From assembly GCA_038087875.1 (NCBI GenBank), contig JAXLNO010000033.1:310001-374000 (forward strand): a stretch of 64,000 nucleotides of DNA, written 5' to 3'. Below are positions 37,438 through 50,513 of the stretch, piece by piece. The notes beneath the pieces are model-generated. The model saw nothing but the letters and a program-made list of their open reading frames with translations. It had not been told where the DNA came from and did not search any database. Origin of the DNA: Malacoraja senta (Eukaryota). The translations under genes were made by a program, and so were the position numbers. Position 1 is the stretch's first letter, and each line of letters starts with the position of its first letter.

Positions 37438-38480
37438 CTATCCTGATGGCGATCACCTTTCTCTCCCGGGGAAAGAGTGGTTTCTCCAGATATATAACCG
37501 TCTATCTGGTATCCATGGTCGTAGCTGATTGAATGGTTCTGATCTTCGAGGCAATTCTATGCGAGTTGCCAGTTGCCTATTTTCAGATTATAGAAAATAG
37601 ACAATAGACAATAGGTGCAGGAGTAGGCGAGCCAGCACCGCCGTTCAATGGGATCATGGCTGATTATCCCAATTCAGTACCACGTTCCTGCCTTCTCCCC
37701 ATATCCCCTGACTCCGCTTTTTTTAAGAGCCCTATCTAGCTCTCTATCTAGCTATTACCTATCGTGCTATTACCTTCCTCTATTAACTCACATGTGTAAA
37801 CTGCATTTTGTAAATGTATTTTCATCGATTGCCCTGTCTGACTAACGGTGGCTTTTACCTTCGATCGATTTATCTCTATTTGTCATCAGAATTTACGAGT
37901 AAAATATTGCTCTGAGAAAACTGCGGCTTTGGTGAGAGCAGTGACGTGTATCTTAAGTATTACTCAAAACATCCCAGTGCATTTTTCCTACGTACCTCAA
38001 GACATAATTCACAACGTGGCTTGGTATTGTGGAATAACCCCACTATTCTACACTTCACTGTTATGGGCAGCACTTTGGGTGATATAAACCATTTTATCTC
38101 CATTTGCATCAATGTTACTGATTATTCTCCTCAAAGACCTGACAATCCATTACATTATACACGCCAGTAGAGTGAAGAGCGGTCTCCGAGGTAACAAAAA
38201 GGCCGAGAGCGGCGCAGATCAAGAGGTGGCGAAAAAAAGGAAGTCCATCATTCTATTTCTGGCCATATCCGGTAGCTTCGTACTACTTTGGATGGTGACC
38301 TTAGGATCAGATTTCAACGAACCATTTACCATTGAAAAACGGTCCGGTTACATATGTTGGGGGCTCTCAGCGCTTGCACCAACACGTTCATTTATGGAGT
38401 GTATCAAAGCAAATTTAGGGAGGAATTAAAAAACTGTGATTAAGAGCCCATTCGTTTTCTTTTCCAATTTAATAAAGTTA
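37438..38480 (+). pseudogene. GPR139-like GPCR copy 3, disrupted exon 2
   Basis: Acceptor cccacag ends at 37437. In-frame TGA at 37530-37532, antisense CR1 3' fragment inserted at ~37585-37760, further stops, a 42-nt deletion after WMVT relative to copy 2, and a frameshift near 38350. Confidence 0.9.
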
Positions 38481-39494
38481 ATGTCTCGGTGAAACTGAAA
38501 ATCCGATTCGAAATTACGTTGCCTACTTCTTTATGTCATTGCATCCAACTGCCCGTTATACCTTTTGTACCAGCGAGTCATTGCCGTCTGTCAGAGTAAT
38601 GTCTTTCGTCACTTTCCCCCTCCTGGCGCCCATTCAATGTATCTCTATAAATGCCATGTAAATGCTCACTGATGTTACAACAGTCCAGCTACCCCAGGGC
38701 GGTATTTTACACGCCATTACTCTGTCAACAAATTGCCTCTTTAAGAAGTGCAAGGGAATTAGAACCCTCGCGGGAAATTCCCGCAGTGGTCGGGATCATA
38801 TGAAATCCACACAGCATCAGATGACAGGATCAGAAGGGCAGTCTGCAGATGCATCTTCCACAGACAGATAATGCGTGTTAACTGCAATATTTTGCACGGC
38901 ATAGCAAATATCAGGATAGATACCTTGTTAGAATTGGATATAAAACTGATTCATCAACGGGTAAGTTGCTGTACTTAAACACAATTACCTTCAGATGTTC
39001 GTTTACATAAATACGTTTCAATATGCTGGAGGTGCTCAGCCGGTCAGGCAGCATTTTGGAGAACATAGAGAGCTGACGTAATAACAAGGAACGACAGAAG
39101 ATGGTTTCTATCGAACATTGACACAAAATGTTGAAGTAATTCAGCGGATCAGGCAGCATCCCTCGACGACGTAGATGGGCGACTATTTGGGTCGGACACT
39201 TCTTGAAACTGAATAAGGTTTCCGACCCGAAAAGTCGTGCTGATGATCCGCTGAGTTAATCCAGAATGTGTGTCAGTCTATAGATAGGTGATGTTTCGGA
39301 TCGGGACCCTTGTCAGACACAGTACAGTCCTGACATTCAGTGTGATCGCAAATAACCAATTTCCATCTTACCAAGGTCCAGGCGAAATTTGGGGGCACGG
39401 TGGTAGTGTTGTGGGCTCACAGCGCCAGATGCCCGGGTTCGATTCTGACAGGGACTACTGACTGCATGCAGTTTGAATCCGGGTTTTCTCCTAC

Positions 39495-42110
39495 ATCAAT
39501 CATGGCTGATCTCTGCCACCTAATACCATTTTCCTGCCTTCTCCCCATAGCTCTTGACACCCGTTCTAATCAAGAACATGTCTATCTCTGCCTTTTGAAT
39601 ATCCACTGACTTGTCCTCCACAGCCCACTGTGGTAATGAGTTCCACAGAGTAACTACCCTCTGATTAATGATGTTCCTCCTCACCTTATTTCTAATCGAG
39701 CGCCTTAAATTCTGAGGCTATCGCCTCTGGTCCTAGACTACCACCAGTGGAAACATCCTTTCAACATCCACTCTATCTATGCCTTTCATTATTCTGAAAG
39801 TTTCAATGAGGTCCCCGCAACCTTCTAAATTCCAGCGAGTAGAGGCCCAGTGCTGTCAAACGCTCTTCATATGCTAGTCCACTCATTTATGGAATCATTT
39901 TTGTTAACATTCTCTGGACCCTCTCCAGAGCCAACACATCCTTCCTCAACTTACTCACAGTACTCCAAATGCGGCCTGACCAACGCCTTATAGAGCCTCA
40001 ACATGACATCTCTGTTTTTGTTTTCCGGTCCTCTTGATATAAATGCTAGCATTGAATTTGTCTTCCTTACTACCTAATCGACTTGCAAATTCACTATTTG
40101 GGACTGCCAAAAAGTTAATTTGCAAAGTTCCTTTGCACCTACGATTACTGGATTCTCTCCCAATTTACAAAACAATCTACGCCTGTATTCTTATTACCAA
40201 AATAGATAACTCCGCACTTTGCTATACTGTATTTCATCTTCCTCTTCTCTGCCCACACTCCTAATCTGTCCATGTCCTTCTGCAGAATCGTTGCTTCTTC
40301 TACACTGCGTGCCCCTCCACCTATCTTAGCAACATCTGCAAAATTAGCCTCAAAGCCTTCAATCCCCTTATCCAAATCATTAAAATACATCGTGAAGAGA
40401 AATGGCCCCATCACCGATCCCTGCGGAACTTGTCACTGTCCGCCCACCTGAACAAGTGCCATTTATTGCAACTCTTTGCCTTCCGCCATCCAGCCCAACT
40501 GCTATCCATGCTAGTACCTTCCCTTTAATACCATGGGCTCTCATCTTCCCTAGCAGCCTGACGTGCGGCACCTTATCGAAGGCCTTCTGACAATCTGGGT
40601 AAACAACATCTACAGCCTCCGCTCTGTCGGTCCTGCTATTAACTTCCTCAATGAACTCCAGCACATTAGTCAGGCAAGGTCTTTCCTTCACAAAATCATG
40701 CTGACGTCGCCTATTTTATCGTGAACTTCAAACTACTGCGTTACCTCAACCTTAATTGTCTCTAAAATCTTAGCAACCACCGAATTCAGCCAAACCGGTC
40801 TATAGTTTCCGCTCTACTACTTTGCTCCCTTTATGTACGGCGGGGTGATAGTCGCAATTTACCAATCTTCAGGAACCACTCCTAACTCGTGATTCTTGAA
40901 ATATCATAAATAATGCCTCCACAATCTCTGAGGGCACCTCTTTCAGAATCTTGGCGTGCCGTCCATCCGGTCCAGGTGACCTATCCACCCTCAGACGTTT
41001 GTTTTCCTACCACCTTCTCCTTAGTAATCGCACGGCGAGGAGAGGGAATCGTGGAGAGCCTCAGTATGACATCTCTTTTTTTGTTTTTCGGTCCTCCAGA
41101 TATAAATGCTTGCATTTGAATTTGCCTTCCTTACTATCGATTCGATTTGCAAATTAACGTTTTGTGAGCACTGGTGCAGGACTTCTATAATGTTAATTTG
41201 CAAAGTCTCTTTCCACCTACAATTTCGGGATTCACTCTCTATTTACAAAATAACCTACGCCTTAATTCTAATTTCCAAAATTCATGACTCTGCACTGGCT
41301 TTCATCTGCCACTTCTCAGTCCACCATCCTAACCGGCCCAAGTCCTTCTATAGAGTCCTTGCTTCCTCGACACTGCCGGACTCTCCACCATATGCAAACT
41401 TCCCACAAAGCCTTCAATCCCCATATTCAAATCATTCATATACAACGTGAAGAGAAGCGGCCCCAGCACCGACACTTGTAGAACTTCACTAGTCACAGTC
41501 AGCCCAATTTAAAAACCGCCTTTTATTCCAACAGTTTGCCTTCTGCCACCCAGCCAACACGCTAACAATGCTAGTATCTTCCCTTTAATACTATGGTCTC
41601 TCATCTTCCCTCGCAGCCTGATGTGCGGAACCTTATCGAACGTCTTCTGATATTCTAGGTAAACAAAATCTATCGCCTCCCCTCTGTCTGTCCTGCTATT
41701 AACTACCTCAAAAACGCCAGCATGTTTGTCAGGCAAGATCTTCCCTTCACAAAACCAGGCTGACGTCGGTCTATTTTATAGTGAACGTCCAACGACTGCG
41801 CAACCTCATCCTTTATAATTGACTCTAAAGTCTTAGCAACCACCGATGTCAGGCTAACCGGTCTATAGTTTCCGTTCCTCTGATTTGCTCCCTTTATGTA
41901 CAGCGGGGTGATATTCGCAATTTACCAATCTTCAGGAACCACACCTAACTCAAGGGATTCTTGAAATATCTCAAATCATGCCTCCACAATCCCTGAGGCC
42001 ACCTAGTTCAGAACACTGGGGTGCAGTCCAACCGGTCCAGGTAACTTATCTACTCACCCTCAGACATTTCAGTTTTCTTAGCACCTTCTCCTTAGTAATC
42101 GCATGGCGAG
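39495..42110 (-). mobile_element. Decayed CR1 RT fragments with an internal ~1.07-kb tandem duplication
   Basis: KAFDKVPH-type motif occurs twice (~40570, ~41630); junction ccttctccttagtaatcgca at 41013 and 42084. Confidence 0.8.
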
Positions 42111-42261
42111 GAAAGGGAATCGTGGATTCCCTTTGTAAAATTGGAAAATTGACCAGAGAAAAAGAAGCGTATGTCAGGTTGAAGTGAGTGGGAGGACCTA
42201 ATCCGGTCTATACAAGGTTATTGAAGGAGACCAGAGTGCAGATTGCTTGTTTTGGTGCATC

Positions 42262-45200
42262 AAATAGAGAATGCTATTAGACAGTGTGTGAGGCAGGAGG
42301 CAGAGAAGGAAAGCACTCAGACCCAAGATGTAGGGGGGAAAGAAGAAAACAATAATAAACAGAGAATAAGAGGTGGTGGGGTTCTTAAATGGGCGAGCAG
42401 AGAAACAGAGGGGTGTAAAATGCGGGCGGAAGCAATAGGTAGCAAGGTGAAAAGTAAAGGTGGCAGGCAGACAAATCCAGGGCAAAAATCAAAAAGGGCC
42501 ACTTTTCAACATAATTGTATAAGGGGTAAGAGCGTTGTAAAAACAAGCCCGAAGGCTTTGTGTCTCAATGCAAGGAGCATTCGTAATAAGGTGGATGAGT
42601 TGAACGTGCAGATAGCAATTAATGATTATGATATAGTTGGGATCACGGAGACATGGCTCCAGGGTGACCAAGGCTGGGAGCTGAACATCCAGCGATATTC
42701 AATATTCAGGAGGGATAGAGAGAAAGGAAAAGGAGGTGGGGTAGCGTTGCTGGTTAGGGAGGAGATTAACGCAGTGGAAAGGAAGGACATTAGCTTGGAG
42801 GATGTGGAATCGGTATGGGTAGAGCTGCGAAACACTGAGGGGCAGGAACGCTGGTGGGTGTTGTGTACAGGCCACCTAGCAGTAGTAGTGAAGTTGGGGA
42901 TGGCATCAAACAGGAAATTAGAAATGCGTGCAGCAAAGGCAAAACTGTTATAATGGGTGACTTCAATCTACATATAGATTGGGTGAATGAAATTGGCAGG
43001 GGTGCTGAGGAAGAGGATTTCTTGGAATGTATGCGGGATAGTTATCTAAACCAACATGTAGAGGAACCAACGAGAGAGCAGGCTATTCTAGACTGGGTAT
43101 TGAGTAATGAGGAAGGGTTAGTTAGCAGTCTTGTTGTGCGTGCCCCCTTGGGCAAGAGTGACCATAATATGGTTGAGTTCTTCATTAGGATGGAGAGTGA
43201 CATTGTTAATTCAGAAACAACGGTTCTGAACTTAAAGAAAGGTAACTTTGAGGGTATGAGACGTGAATTGGCCAAGATTGACTGGCAATTAGTTCTAAAA
43301 GGGTTGACGGTGGATATGCAATGGAAGGCATTTCAAGACTGCATGGATGAACTACAAAAAATGTTAATCCCAGTTTGGCAAAAGAATAAATCAGGGAAGG
43401 TAGTGCATCCGTGGATAACAAGGGAAATCAGGGATAGTATCAAAGCAAAAGATGATGCGTACAAATTAGCCAGAAAAAGCAGCATACCAGAGGACTGGGA
43501 GAAATTCAGAGACCAGGAGAGGAGGACAAAGGGCTTAATTAGGAAAGGGAAAATAGATTATGAAAGGAAACTGGCAGGGAACATAAAAACTGACTGCAAA
43601 CGTTTTTAGAGAGATGTGAAGAGAAAGAGATTAGTTAAAACAAATGTAGGTCCCTTGCAGTCAGAAACAGGTGAATTGATCATGGGGAACAAGGATATGG
43701 CGGACCAATTGAATAACTACTTTGGTTCCGTCTTCACTAAGGAAGACATAAATAATCTGCCGGAAATAGCAGGGGGCCGCGGGTCAAAGGAGATGGAGGA
43801 ACTGAGTGAAATCCAGGTTAGTCGGGAAGTGGTGTTGGGTAAATTGAATGGATTAAAGGCCGATAAATCACCAGGGCCAGATAGGCTGCATCCCAGAGTA
43901 CTTAAGGAAGTAGCTCCAGAAATAGTGGATGCATTAGTGATAATTTTTCAAAACTCTTTAAATTCTGGAGTAGTTCCTGAAAATTGGAGGGTAGCAAACG
44001 TAACCCCACTTTTTAAGAAGGGAGGGAGAGAGAAAACGGGGAATTACAGCCCAGTTAGTCTAACATCGGTAGTGGGGGTAACTGCTAGAGTCACTTATTA
44101 AAGATGGGATAGCAGCACATTTGGAAAGTGGTGAAATCATTGGACAAAGTCAGCATGGATTTACGAAAGGTAAATCATGTCTGACGAATCTTATAGAATT
44201 TTTCGAGGATGTAACTAGTAGAGTGGATAGGGGAGAACCAGTGGATGTGGTGTATCTGGACTTTCAGAAGGCTTTCGACAAGGTCCCACTTAAGAGATTA
44301 GTATACAAACTTAAAGCACATGGCATTGGGGGTTCAATATTGATGTGGATAGAGAACTGGCTGGCAAACAGGAAGCAAAGAGTAGGAGTAAACGGGTCCT
44401 TTTCACAATGGCAGGCAGTGACTAGTGGGGTACCGCAAGGCTCAGTGCTGGGACCCCAGCTATTTACAATTTATATTAATGAACTGGATGAGGGAATTGA
44501 AGGCAACATCTCCAAGTTTGCGGATGACACTAAGCTGGGGGGCAGTGTTAGCTGTGAGGAGGATGCTAGGAGACTGCAAGGTGACTTGGATAGGCTGGGT
44601 GAGTGGGCAAATGTTTGGCAGATGCAGTATAATGTGGATAAATGTGAGGTTATCCACTTTGGTGGCAAAAACAGGAAAGCAGACTATTATCTAAATGGTG
44701 GCCGATTATGAAATGGGGAGATGCAGCGAGACCTGGGTGTCATGGTACACCAGTCATTGAAAGTAGGCATGCAGGTGCAGCAGGCAGTGAAGAAAGCGAA
44801 TGGTATGTTAGCTTTCATAGCAAAAGGGTTTGAGTATAGGAGCAGGGAGGTTCTACTGCAGTTGTACAGGGTCTTGGTGAGACCACACCTGGAGTATTGC
44901 GTACAGTTTTGGTCTCCAAATCTGAGGAAGGACATTATAGTCATAGAGGGAGTGCAGAGAAGGTTCACCAGACTGATTCCTGGGATGTCAGGACTTTCAT
45001 ATGAAGAAAGACTGGATAAACTTGGCTTATACTCGCTAGAATTTAGGAGGTTGAGAGGGGATCTTATAGAAACGTACAAAATTCTTATGGGGTTGGACAG
45101 GCTAGATGCAGGAAGATTGTTCCCGATGTTGGGGATGTCCAGGACAAGGGGTCACAGCTTAAGGATAAGGGGGAAATCCTTTAAGACCGAGATGAGGAAA

Positions 45201-45452
45201 AACCTTTTCACACAGAGAGTGGTGAATCTCTGGAACTCTCTGCCACAGAGGGTAGTTGAGGCCAGTTCATTGGCTATATTTAAGAGGGAGTTAGATGTGG
45301 CCCTTGTGGCTAAGGGGATCAGGGGGCATGGAGAGAAGGCAGGTACGGGATACTGAGTTGGATGATCAGCCATGATCATATTGAATGGCGGTGCAGGCTC
45401 GAAGGGCCGAATGGCCTACTCCTGCACCTATTTTCTATGTATCTATGTATCT
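42262..45452 (+). mobile_element. Relatively young CR1/HER1-like LINE, near-complete ORF2 (EN+RT) plus 3' tail
   Basis: CLNARSIRNK, GITETW, MGDFN, KSDH, KSPGPD, YLDFQKAFDKV, GVPQGSVLGP and KFADD, with few lesions; tail ctatgtatctatgtatct. Confidence 0.92.
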
Positions 45453-45844
45453 ATACCGAATTGTCGCAATGCCCGAAGGACGTAGAGACTTCAGTGGGTC
45501 TTCTTAGTTGTGGATTCATTGTGTGTCGTCCACACAGAACTAGCAGAATATTAACGCCAAGCAGATTGAAGCTCTCAAACATTCGAACTTCCGCATCATT
45601 GAAGCTGGTGGGACATGTTCATACTGATGTCAATATCTATCTGTTTCATCTGCTGTCAGTGAGGTAGACATCGACAGGTTGGTTTTAAGTTTGCAAACAA
45701 AGCTATCATTGCTGACGTTTCGAGAAGGGAGGAAGGCTGTCAAAACTACACAGTGGGATGTTGGTCAGCTGCAGAAATATACGGGAAAATGACAGATGGA
45801 TTTCAATTACAGTTACTGAGAGGTGTTGCACGTACGTTCACAAG

Positions 45845-47315
45845 TTATAGATGTAGAATTCTGCCATTCGGCCCATCTGACCTACTCTGCCATTCAATCG
45901 TGGCTGATCTCTGCCGCCTAATCCCATTTTCTGCCTTCTGTCTATAACCCTTGACACCCGTTCTAATCAAGAAATTGGCTATCTCTGCCTTAAAAAATAT
46001 CCACTGACGGCCTCCACAGCCCCTCGTGGCACTGAATTCCACAGATTAACTTCCTTCTGACTAAAAAAGTTCCTCCTCATCTCCTTTCTAAAAGATAGCC
46101 CTTTAGTTCTGAGGCGATGACCTCTGGTCCTAGACTCTCGCAGCAGTGGAAACAACCTTTCTGTGCCTTTCATTATTCTGTAAATTTCAATGACGTCCCC
46201 CCTCTACCTTCTAAACTCCAATGAGTGGTGACCCAGTGTTGTCAAACGCTCATCGTTTGCTAACCCACATATTCCTGGAATATGCTCCAGAGCCAGCGCA
46301 ACCTTCCTGAGATATGATCACAGTACTCCAAATGCTGCCTGACCAGCGCCTTATCGAGCCTCAGCATTACGTCTCTGTTTTCCAATACGCTTGATATAAA
46401 TGCCAACATTGAATTTGCTTTCCTTACTACCAATTCGACTTGTAAATTAACTATTTGGCGGTCCTGCACCAGCACTCCTTTGCACCTCTGATTTCTGGAT
46501 TATGTCTCCATTTACAAACTAATCAACGCCTTTATTATTATTACCAAAATGCATGACTCCGCACTTTGCTATACTAGATTTCATCTGCCACTTCTCTGTC
46601 CATTCTCCGAACCTGTCCAAGTCCTTCTGCAGTCCTTGCTTCTTTTCCACTGACTGACCCTCCACCTATATGATCATCATCTGCAAACTAGACGTCGAAG
46701 CCTTCAATCCCCTTATCCAAATCATTAATATAGAAAGTTAAGAGAAGCGGCCCCAGCACCGACCCTTGCGGAACTTCACTAGTCACTGGCAGCCCACCTG
46801 GAAAAGCATATTTTATTGCAACTCTTTGCCGCACAGCCAACCCGCTATCCTTGCTGGCATCTTCCCATTAATAACATGGACACTCATATATTCCCGAGCA
46901 GCCTGACGTGCGGCACCTCATCGAAGCGCTTCTGAAATTCTAGGAAAGCAAGATCTAGCGCCTCCCCTCTGTCTGTCCAGCTACTAACATTCTCAAAGAA
47001 CACCAGCAGATTAGTCAGACAAGATCATCCCTTCACAAAATCATGCTGACGTCGGCCTCTTTTATCGCGAACGTCCAAATGCTGGGTAGCCTCATCCGTT
47101 ATAATTGACTCTAAAATATTATCAACCACCGAAGCCAGGGTAACCGGTCTATAGTTTCCGCTCTTCTGTTTTGCTCCCTTTATGTACAGCGGGGTGATAT
47201 CCGCAATTGACCAATCTTGGGGAATCACTACTAACTCAAGTGATCCTTAAAATATCACAAATATTGCCTCCACAATCCATGAGGCCATCTACTTCAGAAC
47301 CATGGGGGGCAGTCC
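45845..47315 (-). mobile_element. Decayed CR1 fragment, paralogue of 39495-42110
   Basis: Collinear similarity with 39500-41000 and with the shared downstream flank. Confidence 0.8.
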
Positions 47316-48584
47316 ATGGTTCTGAACAAGCCCAAGGAGATCGTAAACCTGACAAGGAAAAAATAAGTGTATGTCAGGTTGAAGTGGGTGGCTGGAAGTA
47401 ATGGGTTCTTTCCAAGGTTTTTGAAGGAGGCGAAAGAGCAGATTACTTATTTTGATGCATCTGCAGAAGCTTGGAAGAGTCACCAGAGACATACCGATTG
47501 TTTTCAGTTTCTGAAGGACGTAGACTTCAGTGTGTCTTCTTAGCTGTCCCATCATTGTGTTTGGACCACACAGATCATACTGTATATTAACGCTAAGCAA
47601 ATTGAAGCTCTCAAACAGTCGAACCTCATTGAAGCTGATGGGGCATGGTCGTACTGGCCAATACCTATCTCTTTCATCTGCAGGCATTGAGATAGATATA
47701 GACGTAGATACGTTATTCTGATTGTCTGCAGACAAAGCAGGTATTGCTGAAGTTGCGAGACGGGAGGAAAGTTGTAAAACTACACAGTGGGATGTCGGTC
47801 AGCTGCAGAAATATGCGGGGAAGTGGCAGATGGATTTAAATTTCGGTAGTTAGGAGGTGTTGCCTTTTGCGAGGTCAATGTAAGGCGAAACGATACGGTT
47901 GACGGCATGACTCTTAACAACACTGATATGAAGATTGGTGTTCGTGTCCAGATGCTTAGTTCCCTGAAAGTGGCACCATAAACAGAAAGCATGGTACAGG
48001 AGGCGTATGGAATGCTTCCCTACGTTGGGCGCGCTATGATTACAAATGTCACGAAGTCACGATGCTGTTCTCCAACAGTTTGGTTAGGCCTCATTTGCAG
48101 GGTTGTGTGCCGTTGTGGGCGCCCCTTACAGCAATGACGTGGAGGCTTTGGAATGGATGCAAAAGTGTTTTACTGGAATTCTGCCTCGATTAGACTGTAT
48201 TTGTTACAAGGAGAAGTTGGACAAACTTTGATCGCTTTCTCTGGAATGTTGAAGGGGGAAGAGAGTCGTGATATAAATAAACACAATTGTGGGAGGCATA
48301 GATGAGGTAAACTGTCAGAAACTTGTCCTTGCTGGGATGGACTAGAGGGCATATGTTTAAATTGAGAGGGTCAACATTTAAAGCAGATACGCGGTCAGGA
48401 GGTTTTGTAGGTAGTGGCGAGTGCATGGAACGAGCAACCAGGGATGGTGGTGAAAGCAGATGTGAGTTATGTGCAAGAAGCTTTTAGATCGGCATATGGA
48501 TATGCGTGGATAATTCAACATTACATTAACGTGGGAATCAGAGAATGCGTATAGATTAATTAATATATGTTCTTACTTATAATT

Positions 48585-48833
48585 CTCCCTATTTTGTGTA
48601 ATAGAGTAATATAATATCAATTTTATAGAACAATGCTGGCAGTTATTGCGCAATAACATACTTAGCAGCAGCTAACGTGATGAGGTTAACTTTGTTTGTT
48701 TAACTGACTGACACTAATCCCAATTAATTTGCCTTGATTAGAAGTCATATGATTTATCTGGAGAATATGCAGCTAACTTTAAAAGCAAGCGACCTGTCAG
48801 ACTACTGGCAGAAAACGTCGATTATATCTGGAC
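48585..48833 (+). promoter_or_regulatory. Putative proximal promoter/5'UTR of GPCR copy 4
   Basis: Same conserved blocks; TAATCC at 48715-48720. Confidence 0.55.
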
Positions 48834-48903
48834 ATGGAACTGCCGGTGGTCAACCAGGTAGAGAACATTTTCTACCCTATCCTTGTCATCGTTGGTATTC
48901 CTG
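48834..48903 (+). CDS. GPR139-like GPCR copy 4, coding exon 1 (MELPVVNQVENIFYPILVIVGIP + G)
   Basis: ATG at 48834, 70 nt, donor gtaagc at 48904, phase 1. Confidence 0.88.
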
Positions 48904-50513
48904 GTAAGCCCTTTGTTATTCGGTACCCAGGTTTCGCTCTCTCGCCTTTACTGGTGAAACAATCTGTGCTGTTAATTACTGCTTGAGTTACAGATCCAGC
49001 ACTGTGCGGCTCATATTTACCGGTTCCGTCCGTCGCACACTGAATTAAGATACCCACACATGTACGATACCAATCTGTAGCTGGTGCGGATGTTTCTGAC
49101 ACCATTAGCGCTGTGGAAAAAAAACCGGACTGTAATTACACTTCATCGCCAAATCGAAGTGGATAGATAGCGAATGCAGTGAATGCTGCCCCTATGATAG
49201 GGAGGGCGGCAAGTTCGGTCAATCTGGTCTTTGTCACGACCAACTGCAATCGGACACACCGGCTGATTTTCCGTTAACATGCTCTTCTCAATTTACTCCA
49301 AGTTTTGCCATGACCCGATGCACTGACGAGAAATGATGTGGACAGGTAACCTACCAGCCAGCGGTGTATCGCAGGTAGGACAACGGAGAACCATGCCGCA
49401 CATAAGCGGAGCTCGGAGAGCTGCTGCCTTACAGCGCAAGACAGACAGTTTGATCCTGACCTGGGATCCTGTGTGGAATTTGCACGTGATCTCGGCTGAT
49501 TGCGTTGATTCAACTGTCGGCTCTGGCTCCTTCCACATTCCAAAGGTCCAGACGCTCTAGATTTCTCTCACAGCCCGTCCTGGTTTGTAGGTGAACTGGA
49601 TTTTATAATTTGCTTCCAGTGTGCAGGGAATGGATGCGAATGTTGGATAACATAGAACCAGTGTGAACGGGTGATAGATGATCTGCACGACTCGGTGTGC
49701 CGGGGACCTGTTACCAAGCTGCATCAACCGATCCATCAAACAATGACCCAGGGAGTTGAACCTACGCCAGCGCAGGGAGAAGGCGCAAACAGCACTAGTG
49801 ACCAGTGTCGATCCTAGGTCGCTCAGCTGTCAGGCAGCAGTGCGCCTGCTGTCAATTTGCGTTGAGGGAAATGGGCCATAAAAATAAAACGCTTTATTAC
49901 GCAAGCGCGTTCGGAAATATAGTTTAGCAGAGGCGTGAATTGGATGCAGTATTTGCATTCATATGTTTATCGCGAAATCAATCTGCTGGTGAGCAACGCG
50001 AGTGTGGCCACGCCTCACCGCGGAAATGTGTACAGAACTTCTCGATGCGATTTATGTTTACACGCAATATTTGTCTACTGCGGTAATCATCAAACTGTTC
50101 TTGTTTTTATGTTGATGCTGTATTCTGCCTGCAGATGGAAGGTTATAGCATAAGGTTTGGCGCTGGACTGTGATGAGCAAATCGGCTAATATTCTTTACT
50201 CTGCACATTCCTTTGTGGTCAGGTGAATGGAATTCACGATAGATATGTATCCACTATAGCTGTCAAACCTCTTAACAATCGTTCTGCGATAGGCCGCGAG
50301 TCCAGTCATGGCCTTGGCCACTGCATTTTATTTACTATTAGTTTGCGAAATCCATCTTTCAGATGTCGTTTTCAGAATCAGAGATGTGTGGGCGACACGA
50401 GTACAAGGGGTAGGTGACAGTCTGATATACTCCATTTACCTTCGCAGAACTGTCAAACTGATGTTCTTCTGGAATAGTGAATGTTGGTGATTTTAATTTC
50501 GTCTTTCCTACAG

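Noticed and set aside
50477..50513. ORF-track N-terminus MNVGDFNFVFPT of copy 4 (and the GTG or internal starts of copies 1 and 2)
   Set aside because: Intronic polypyrimidine tract or internal codons; the true start lies in the upstream 70-nt exon.
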